Below, one piece after another: positions 57,220 through 64,000 of a DNA stretch of 64,000 bases. Made by a program: the position numbers and the translations under genes. A model generated the notes under the pieces. That model did no database searches and was not told the origin of the DNA. It saw only the letters and a program-made list of their open reading frames with translations. The first letter of the stretch is position 1. Each line of letters opens with the position of its first letter. The stretch comes from Halanaerobiales bacterium (GTDB lineage Bacteria; Bacillota; Halanaerobiia; Halanaerobiales; M55B127), in NCBI GenBank assembly GCA_046482435.1, contig JAWOEZ010000083.1, positions 7,176-71,175 on the forward strand, read 5' to 3'.

Positions 57220-58605
57220 TTAATCAAGCATTAAATTGTTATTCAATAAAACAACTGATTTTTTATAATTATCTCTATCCACTACAAATTGGATATTAAC
57301 CTGGCTTAAAGAAATCGATACACAGTTAATATTAATTTTATTTTCCCCTAATACCTTAGATGCTCTTGCAAGAATATTTGGCTTACTTATATTTGAACCG
57401 ATTAGACATACCATAGCTATTTCTTTAATTTTAATACTTTTATATTTAGATCTAAGTTCTTCGATTAAACTTTCACTTAAATCTTTTTCCCAAATAACCT
57501 GAGAAATACTATTAGCATTAGTAGCCTTCATTACATAACTAATATTATACTTCTTTAAAATTCTCATAATCTCATAGTCAAAGCCAACTTCGCCTACCAT
57601 TGAAGTATCATGAACTTCAATTACTACTAAATCTTTAGAACCCGCAATAATTTCTATTTTCGAATCTTCAACTACATAATCCTTTGTTATTATGGTACCC
57701 GGATGATCAGGCTCAAATGTATTCTTTACTACTAGTTTTATACCACCCATCTCAAGGGGTTTTGAAGCCTTCGGGTGAATAGCTTCCATTCCTATGTCAG
57801 CCAGCTGATCTGCCACATCATAGTTGGTTCTTCCCACTGGAACCGCCTTTTTTTCACCAACGATTTCAGGGTCTGCTGATGAAAGATGGTGTTCCTTATG
57901 GATAAAAGCCTGATCTGCCTGCAAGTAAGTTGCAATTTTAGAAAAAGTAATCTCAGAATAGCCCCTACCAAATTTGGTTACCAGACCACCTTTATCTTTA
58001 GTATACCCCGGAGCAATTATTATACTCTTAGAAAGATCTAGGTCTTGAAAAGATCTTTTAATTCTTTCCTCCATTGAAAGCTGTTTTCTATCATAAAAAC
58101 CGGTTAAATCAATAAACTCAGCATTTATTCCCAGATTAGCTAAAATATTAAATGAATTATAGGCAGCATGAGCTTCACCTAAGGAAGCTAATATCTCGCG
58201 AGCTGCTGAATAAATATTTTCTTCTTTAATATATCCAGAAGACAGTATTTCTTCCATACTATCTAAATAATTTTTAGTATGTTCTATTCTTTTTTTGATA
58301 AACCGATCCGCCTTTTTATTATCCAGGCCTATTTTAGTCAGCGATTTATTTATATCCGTTAGGTCATCAGTAAGTTCATCAAGCTTTCTTTTATATATAT
58401 CATCATTATTAATAAAACTCTTATAAATGCCGGGGTTTGAATTCTTTTTGTCTTCTAAAAGCAAATTAGTAACTCCAGCATAAGCTGAGATCACAAAGAC
58501 CCGGTTATAACTAAAACGATCATCTCCCGGTTTACCTATTATATTTTTCAATACGACTTGAAACTCCGACATGGAAGTTCCACCGATCTTTTCGACAGTT
58601 AACAA
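57220..58605 (-). CDS. lysC: aspartate kinase (LysC-III-like architecture, two ACT domains)
   Basis: VEKIGGTSM nucleotide-binding N-terminus, a helical insertion and tandem ACT domains. TTG start with a GGGAG RBS. Some core motifs diverge (GRGYSE, IHKEHHL). Confidence 0.7.
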   Translation of the reverse strand: MLTVEKIGGTSMSEFQVVLKNIIGKPGDDRFSYNRVFVISAYAGVTNLLLEDKKNSNPGIYKSFINNDDIYKRKLDELTDDLTDINKSLTKIGLDNKKADRFIKKRIEHTKNYLDSMEEILSSGYIKEENIYSAAREILASLGEAHAAYNSFNILANLGINAEFIDLTGFYDRKQLSMEERIKRSFQDLDLSKSIIIAPGYTKDKGGLVTKFGRGYSEITFSKIATYLQADQAFIHKEHHLSSADPEIVGEKKAVPVGRTNYDVADQLADIGMEAIHPKASKPLEMGGIKLVVKNTFEPDHPGTIITKDYVVEDSKIEIIAGSKDLVVIEVHDTSMVGEVGFDYEIMRILKKYNISYVMKATNANSISQVIWEKDLSESLIEELRSKYKSIKIKEIAMVCLIGSNISKPNILARASKVLGENKININCVSISLSQVNIQFVVDRDNYKKSVVLLNNNLMLD

Positions 58606-58644
58606 TATATGATTCTCCCTTCGAAAATCAATATCTGTTATGTT

Positions 58645-58673
58645 ATTATAATACTCACTAGTCCATATTTCAA
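58645..58673 (-). promoter_or_regulatory. promoter upstream of lysC-lysA
   Basis: Minus strand reads TTGAAA, 17 nt, TATAAT. Confidence 0.5.
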
Positions 58674-58697
58674 TTATAATATCAATTTAATTTATGT

Positions 58698-59579
58698 TTA
58701 TAAGTTGAATTCCTCTCCTTCCTTAAGAAATTTAATGTTTTTTCTCTTTACCTCATTTTTAAAATTTGGCCTTAAAATGGAATTTGTATGGTTAAAATGT
58801 GTAAAATATACCTCTGAATCATTAAGTTCTAAGATACCATTATCAATTTTTTTGAGAGTTTCTTTAATAGGAGGATGAGGGACTTCTTCAATCTTTCTAC
58901 CCCTAAACTTCATAAGCTCTTCTTTAGAATAAAAGGTCCCATCTAGGATAAGAAAATCTGTCTTTTGGCTTATCTCATTGAATTTATCGTCAAACCCTTC
59001 CCAACTATCTATATCAGGTAAATAAAAGGCAGATTTACTGCTGCCCTTTATTATAAAAGCTGAGGTGTCACTGAATTCTTGACGGTGTGGAACCTCAACT
59101 GGAATCACTTTCAAGTCAGTTGAAAGGGAAATTTCTTTTTCAAATTCAAAAGTATTTATTTTTATATTTTCATTGTCAACTAACTGTTTCCAGGGTTGAT
59201 TTGAAGTAAGAAAATTTTTCAAACTCTTACTTGTCTGAACCGATAATTTGTCACTATTTATTGCTTCCTTACCAAAATACATAAGCCCTGGATAATGACC
59301 CATATGAGCATGCGTTATTAAAACCCCTTCTAAATGGTCTTTTAAAAAATCATACTTTTTAGCGGTTTCATTTAAAATATTTAATTGCTCAGCTAAATGA
59401 GGAGTGGGATCAATGATATAACTTTTTTTATGTGTAATATCCAAAATACCTAAAGAAGCCGGCAGCCTTTTTAGTTCTTTATTATTTAAAGTTCTTTGAC
59501 AGTTCGGACAGTTACATCCCGGCTGAGGATATCCTCCATCCTGTGCTGTACCAAGCACTTTTAATAAAATGGCTCCCAT
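58698..59579 (-). CDS. PqqB-like MBL-fold metallo-hydrolase
   Basis: N-terminal GTAQDGGYPQPGCNCPNC (CxCxxC) and an MBL motif THAHMGH. The ATG overlaps the transporter TAA (TAATG). Confidence 0.7.
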   Translation of the reverse strand: MGAILLKVLGTAQDGGYPQPGCNCPNCQRTLNNKELKRLPASLGILDITHKKSYIIDPTPHLAEQLNILNETAKKYDFLKDHLEGVLITHAHMGHYPGLMYFGKEAINSDKLSVQTSKSLKNFLTSNQPWKQLVDNENIKINTFEFEKEISLSTDLKVIPVEVPHRQEFSDTSAFIIKGSSKSAFYLPDIDSWEGFDDKFNEISQKTDFLILDGTFYSKEELMKFRGRKIEEVPHPPIKETLKKIDNGILELNDSEVYFTHFNHTNSILRPNFKNEVKRKNIKFLKEGEEFNL

Positions 59580-60988
59580 TATGCTTCTCTCCTTACTTTT
59601 TCTTTCTTCTGTGGTTCTATCCTTGCAATAGAAATCCCGGTCAACCCATATAATAGATTAATCAAGATAACTAACATCGGAAAAAATAAGAATGGTATAA
59701 ATTCAACGGGCTGTGCTCCTAACATATCTGCTGCAAAGATAGCAGGTACACTCCATGGAACCAATGTAATTCCCACTGTTCCCCCTGCTTCTACATTTCT
59801 ACTCAAATTCTTTGTATGTAGTCCCATCTCTTTAAAGCTATTTGAAAACATCTTGGCCGGTATAATAATAGCTAAAACCTGGGCACCAGTACTTAAACCT
59901 ATTAAAAAAGCTGTTATCAGAGATGTTACCAACAATTTTTTACTACTGTTAATCCAGGTCATCATTTTTTCTAAAATAACATCCAAGATACCAACTTTTT
60001 GCATTATACCTCCTAAGGCAGCTGCAGTAATTAAAAGAATTATGGTATCTCCCATAGAAGTAACCCCACCTTTGGAAAGTAAACTATTTATCATACTTAT
60101 TTCACTATCAATGCTGTAACCAGAAGTAAATGAACTTAAGACTTCAACCAGACTGGCACTCTGAAATACCATACCAAAAATCCCACCTAAAAATGACATG
60201 GATAATAAAGTTGGGATAGCCGGTGTCTTGCGGACCGCCAGCACAATAGTAATTAACGGTAATATAAATAACAGTGGTGTTATATTAAACGAACTGTTTA
60301 ACCCCTGCATTAAAATATTGATTTGTTCTGTACCTTCAAATCCTCCTCCAACTTGAGACTGTCCAACTACCCAGTAGATAATTAAGGACAGTCCAAAAGC
60401 AGGAATTGTATCCCAGAGCATATGACCTACGTGCTCAAAAAGCGAACAGTCTGCCATTGCTGCTGCAATATTTGTAGTATCTGATAAAGGTGATAACTTA
60501 TCCCCAAAAAATGCACCTGAAATTATTGCTGCTGCAGTCAAGGGGGTTGCAAAACCCATTGCATTACCCACAGCAATTAAAGCTATCCCTACAGTGGCAA
60601 TCGAAGTAAAAGAAGTTCCCAGAGTTGTCGAAACAATTGCAGTTATCAGAGCTGCTAAAGGTAAAAATAAAGAAGGACTTAAAAACTTTAAACCATAAAA
60701 TATCATGGCCGGAATCGTACCACTTAAAATCCAGGTACCTATAATAGAACCTACTATTAACAAGATAAAAATTGCGGGTAATGCTTTTGCAACCCCTTCT
60801 TTTAGACCTTGCTGTAATTCATCCCAGCTGTAATCAAACAAAAATCCTATGATTCCAGTTGCTACCACACCACTTAATAAAGGAACTATCATTCCGACTT
60901 TCCAGTAAAAAACTGAAAAAGCCCCCATCAAAAGAAGAACTAGAATTGGTAAAATTGCTATTATAAAACTCAGTTTCCTTTTTCTCAT
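59579..60988 (-). CDS. NhaC-family Na+/H+ antiporter-type carrier (candidate amino-acid transporter)
   Basis: 469 aa, about 12 TM helices, NhaC-family-like sequence. Lies downstream of a T-box leader. Confidence 0.75.
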   Translation of the reverse strand: MRKRKLSFIIAILPILVLLLMGAFSVFYWKVGMIVPLLSGVVATGIIGFLFDYSWDELQQGLKEGVAKALPAIFILLIVGSIIGTWILSGTIPAMIFYGLKFLSPSLFLPLAALITAIVSTTLGTSFTSIATVGIALIAVGNAMGFATPLTAAAIISGAFFGDKLSPLSDTTNIAAAMADCSLFEHVGHMLWDTIPAFGLSLIIYWVVGQSQVGGGFEGTEQINILMQGLNSSFNITPLLFILPLITIVLAVRKTPAIPTLLSMSFLGGIFGMVFQSASLVEVLSSFTSGYSIDSEISMINSLLSKGGVTSMGDTIILLITAAALGGIMQKVGILDVILEKMMTWINSSKKLLVTSLITAFLIGLSTGAQVLAIIIPAKMFSNSFKEMGLHTKNLSRNVEAGGTVGITLVPWSVPAIFAADMLGAQPVEFIPFLFFPMLVILINLLYGLTGISIARIEPQKKEKVRREA

Positions 60989-61045
60989 TTACTACTACCT
61001 CCTCAATTATTGATAATTCACAAATGATAAAATGTGTTATAAAAT

Positions 61046-61273
61046 AAAAAAAGCCGTCCCTTATTTCAGGACGACGTATGCGCGGTACCACCTGAATTAA
61101 TTCTGATTATACAAAAAATAATCAGAACAACTCTATTGAAAGCTAACACTCTCTCACCAGATAACGTTGGAAAACGGCCTAGCCTACTATTAATTCAACC
61201 GGCAACTCAAGGGTGTATTTCAGCAATAAGCTTACTTATTCCCACTCATAGTTTTTATCATTTGAAATTATTG
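61046..61273 (-). promoter_or_regulatory. T-box leader, Tyr-type (UAC), with very short Stem I
   Basis: Minus strand carries the T-box sequence AGGUGGUACCGCG (61093-81) and a terminator GUCGUCC / GGGACGGC plus U7 (61076-61046). It also has Stem III UUCUGAUUAU/AUAAUCAGAA and a specifier loop AAUAAGUA / GAAA-UAC-A (UAC at 61217-61215). Confidence 0.8.
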
Positions 61274-61279
61274 TTAATT

Positions 61280-61308
61280 ATTATATATTAACGAAAACAA
61301 GTTGTCAA
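61280..61308 (-). promoter_or_regulatory. consensus promoter of the Tyr T-box operon
   Basis: Minus strand reads TTGACA, 17 nt, TATAAT. Confidence 0.7.
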
Positions 61309-61331
61309 GACCTTGTCTAATAAAAAAATTC

Positions 61332-61360
61332 TTGACATAGATAGTTCTCAGTGTTAAAAT
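61332..61360 (+). promoter_or_regulatory. consensus promoter of the Trp T-box operon
   Basis: TTGACA, 17 nt (ending in TGT), TAAAAT. Confidence 0.7.
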
Positions 61361-61366
61361 TATATT

Positions 61367-61668
61367 CAAATAAATAATATTTATAAATTCTATGAGCAAG
61401 ACGAGTAGCTTTATATCTTCATTTACAGAGAACCGATACCGCTGAGAATTCGGGAATGAAATATTAAAGTGAATGGCCTTGTTAGAAGTAGGGGGAAATA
61501 TCTTTAAAAGGATAGATTATCCTGTACCGGAATTTATCCGTTAAAGTAAATAGAATTCACCTAATATAAGGTGGTTTCTTTTAAGTGAGTTAATCAATGA
61601 TTAACTAATAAGGGTGGCAACACGGAATTAATAGTCTTTCGTCCCTAACCAGGGTGAAAGGTTTTTTT
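61367..61668 (+). promoter_or_regulatory. T-box leader, Trp-type (UGG)
   Basis: Canonical Stem I (GA motif, AGUA, AGAGA bulge, distal loop), specifier GAA-UGG-C (61471-61477) and F-box CCGUUA (61548-61553). T-box sequence GGGUGGCAACACGG (61612-61625) and terminator 61636-61660 plus U7. Confidence 0.85.
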
Positions 61669-61739
61669 AATTTTGTGTTTGCCGCCCTATTTATATTAAT
61701 TAATGGTTTTTTAAAAAATTAAAAGGGGGAATGATTTAA

Positions 61740-62468
61740 TTGTATGACCTAAAAATAGTTGTTGAAACCATTGAAGGTTTTTGTGATTTACCCATGAAAA
61801 AAGGGGATTACTTTACTGTTAAGGGAGGTAAAATTGAAATACCCGAAAACCAACATATTTGTCTTTGGGCTTTACAGAGTTTGATGCCTATAATTCCTGC
61901 TAAACAAAGAGAAGTAAACGAAGAAAATGACTGGATTCCACATACAAAACGGTTAACTTGTCCGGATCCAAAGGGGAGAGTCATATTTAGAATCGATAGA
62001 ATTGACCCTGCTACCGGAGAAATCATCAACTCAGAACAAAAAATACCTTCAAGAATTGATGTGGATTCTGACAAATGTACTGGTTGTCGGGCCTGTGAAA
62101 CTGTCTGTGCATTTATACATACTGGAAGTTTTAATGGGAAAAGAGCAAGAATCAAGATTGAAAAAATTGAAAAAAAAGGAAAGGATATTCCTTATGTCTG
62201 CAGGCAGTGTGGAAACGCCCCCTGTGTTAAAGTCTGCCCTGTAGATGCTCTTAGTAGGGACAAAGAAACAAATGCAATCCTGGTCAATCAAGATAAATGC
62301 ATAGGTTGTAAAAAATGCGAAAAGGCCTGTCCTTTTGATGCAATTACTTTTAACAAAAATAAGATTCCTTTAATCTGTGATTTATGCGGAGGAGAAGTTG
62401 AATGTGTGAAACGCTGTCCTACTGATGCCCTGAAATTTGATAGTTCACCAGGAGGTGATAGAAAATGA
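61740..62468 (+). CDS. TIGR04076-like domain fused to a poly-[4Fe-4S] ferredoxin domain
   Basis: TTG start 9 nt after GGGGGA. The N-terminal ~100 aa (CLWALQSLMPI...LTCPDPKGRVIFRIDRI) resemble TIGR04076. The C-terminus has four Cys clusters (CTGCRACETVC, CRQCGNAPCVKVCP, CIGCKKCEKACP, CDLCGGEVECVKRCP). Confidence 0.7.
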   Translation: MYDLKIVVETIEGFCDLPMKKGDYFTVKGGKIEIPENQHICLWALQSLMPIIPAKQREVNEENDWIPHTKRLTCPDPKGRVIFRIDRIDPATGEIINSEQKIPSRIDVDSDKCTGCRACETVCAFIHTGSFNGKRARIKIEKIEKKGKDIPYVCRQCGNAPCVKVCPVDALSRDKETNAILVNQDKCIGCKKCEKACPFDAITFNKNKIPLICDLCGGEVECVKRCPTDALKFDSSPGGDRK

Positions 62469-64000
62469 ATTTTGGATACTGCGGCCAAGCTCTGCGGATT
62501 AATTTAACAAAAAATTCTATAAAAACTGAAAAACTTGACCCAGATTTTCTAAAAAACTATCTAGGGGGAAGAGGATTAAATATTCGTAGACTATATGATG
62601 AAGTACCTCCCAGTGTAAAACCATTAAGTGAAGAAAATAAATTATATATCGGAGTTGGACCACTTACAGGAACTTTATTCCCGGGAGCAGCAAGAGTAAA
62701 TTTTACTGCCAAATCTCCCCAGACTAATATATTAGGTGATTCAAATACCGGTGGTTTCTTCGGACCCGAATTAAAATTTGCAGGTTTTGATCAGGTAGTA
62801 GTTGAGGGAAAAGCTAAGGAATTATCATATATCTTTATAAAAAACGGAGAAGCCGAGATAAAATCTGCAAAACATCTAGAAGGTTTAGATGTCTTTAAAA
62901 CTCAGGAAAAAATCGTAGAAGAATTAAACGATAAACGAGTTCAGGTGGCTAGTGTTGGACCGGCTGCTGAAAATGGAGTCAAATATTCCGGGATTTTTTG
63001 TAATCAAGTCCGGGCTGCTGCTAGAACAGGAATGGGATTGGTATTAACCTCTAAAAATATAAAGGCAATCGCCGTAAGAGGAACTGAAGATCTTAAAGCT
63101 TCTAATCCAAATAAATTTAAAGCACTAATCGATAAGATGGATCAGGAAATTCGAAATCATTCAGAATATGATATTAGAGTTCGATTAGGAACCACTAAGC
63201 TAGTATCATCTTTAAATGAATTAGGTTGTTTAGCAACCAGGCATTTTCAAACCGGTTATTTCGAAGATGCTGACAAAGTTAGCGGAGAATACCTGGCAAA
63301 AAATTATAAACAAAAAGAAAAGGGCTGTTTTAGCTGTACAATCCCCTGCAGCAGATATTTTGAAATTGATAAGGGTGAACATAAGGGATTAAAAAGTGAA
63401 GGGCCTGAGTTTGAAGGCCTGGCTGGTTTTTCCTCAAGAGTGGGTGTTTCAAATATTGAAGATGCCCTTAAAGCCATTGACCTCTGTAATCGTTATGGGA
63501 TGGATGTAATAACAACCTCAGAGTGTATATCTTTCACGATGGAATTATATGAAAAAGATATATTAACAAGTAATCAAATAGATGGGTTAGAACCCACCTG
63601 GGGGAATAGTAAGGCTATCTTTACATTAATCGAAAAAATTAAAAAACGTGAAGGTTTTGGGGATCTTTTAGCAGATGGTGTAGTGGCCGCTGCTGAAAAA
63701 ATCGGTAAAAACAGTAAAAAGTTAGCAATGCATGTTAAAGGCTTAGAGATTTTTCAGGCAGACCCCAGAGGTATAAAAGGTTATGGGCTGGGAGTCGCTG
63801 TTGCGACCCGCGGTGGTGACCACTTAAGAAGTGAACCCTGGTTTGAATTCATGGAAGATCCTGAGGAAGGTAAAAGGAGATTTGGCCATCCAGAGTCAGC
63901 ATTTAGACTGGAGTATAAAGGAAAAGGGAAAGTTGTTAAATTTTATGAAGAAAGATGTGTGTTGGCTGACTGCCTGGAAGCCTGTAAAAACACTATCGTA
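62465..64000 (+). CDS. aldehyde:ferredoxin oxidoreductase family enzyme (tungsto/molybdopterin), 3' end beyond the window
   Basis: ATG at 62465 overlaps the upstream TGA (ATGA). The frame is open for 512 codons to the window end. AOR-family N-terminal and catalytic-domain sequence (GGRGLN, RTGMG, GCFSCTIPC, ATRGGDHLRSEP). Confidence 0.85.
   Translation, partial: MNFGYCGQALRINLTKNSIKTEKLDPDFLKNYLGGRGLNIRRLYDEVPPSVKPLSEENKLYIGVGPLTGTLFPGAARVNFTAKSPQTNILGDSNTGGFFGPELKFAGFDQVVVEGKAKELSYIFIKNGEAEIKSAKHLEGLDVFKTQEKIVEELNDKRVQVASVGPAAENGVKYSGIFCNQVRAAARTGMGLVLTSKNIKAIAVRGTEDLKASNPNKFKALIDKMDQEIRNHSEYDIRVRLGTTKLVSSLNELGCLATRHFQTGYFEDADKVSGEYLAKNYKQKEKGCFSCTIPCSRYFEIDKGEHKGLKSEGPEFEGLAGFSSRVGVSNIEDALKAIDLCNRYGMDVITTSECISFTMELYEKDILTSNQIDGLEPTWGNSKAIFTLIEKIKKREGFGDLLADGVVAAAEKIGKNSKKLAMHVKGLEIFQADPRGIKGYGLGVAVATRGGDHLRSEPWFEFMEDPEEGKRRFGHPESAFRLEYKGKGKVVKFYEERCVLADCLEACKNTIV

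Noticed and set aside
61808-62488. Several 66-115-aa ORFs on the minus strand and in an alternative plus frame
   Set aside because: All overlap the Cys-rich ferredoxin-fusion gene, whose frame has clear 4Fe-4S motifs and an RBS.
1-64000. Search by eye for CRISPR arrays, IS or transposase genes, integrases, tRNA or rRNA genes, and known defence-system proteins
   Set aside because: None recognised. There are no direct-repeat arrays, no transposase or integrase-like ORFs and no tRNA-like T-arm or acceptor patterns. The window looks like core chromosome, not a mobile island.

Overview
AT-rich, densely coding chromosomal segment. It is probably a halophilic anaerobic Firmicute of the Halanaerobiales: the fructokinase plus sucrose-phosphate-synthase operon closely resembles the one I recall from Halothermothrix orenii, but the taxon is inferred, not proven. 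About 65 genes, mostly on the minus strand. They include a Zn/Mn-type ABC importer, a CarH-like B12-binding protein coupled to a PAS-GGDEF cyclase, niaR plus a sodium:solute symporter, a two-subunit 2-oxoacid:ferredoxin oxidoreductase, wecB-pcm-sulfotransferase, lplA-lpd, three further ABC importers, a secreted ankyrin-repeat protein, sufC/sufBD, a glycogen/sucrose cluster (glgA, glgB, pullulanase, frk, sps, alpha-glucan phosphorylase), marR-MATE, clpB, lysC-lysA, and an AOR-family operon that runs off the 3' edge. No rRNA, tRNA, CRISPR array, IS element or prophage was recognised. The main anomaly is a 1.1-kb block (11360-12491) with no ORF, raised GC and strong strand asymmetry, framed by hairpins and promoter-like sites. 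I read it as a candidate large structured noncoding RNA or giant 5' leader that I cannot assign to any known class by eye. Other findings: two divergent T-box leaders (Tyr-type and Trp-type) driving unusual cargo (an NhaC-family carrier with a PqqB-like MBL protein, and a TIGR04076-polyferredoxin with AOR), a photoreceptor-like Wx9EH B12 module coupled to c-di-GMP synthesis, a GlgA fused to a ComEA-type HhH domain, and several decayed genes (mgtC, DUF438, a livF remnant, a truncated HD-GYP). All calls rest on manual reading of the sequence and motif recall. No database search was run.
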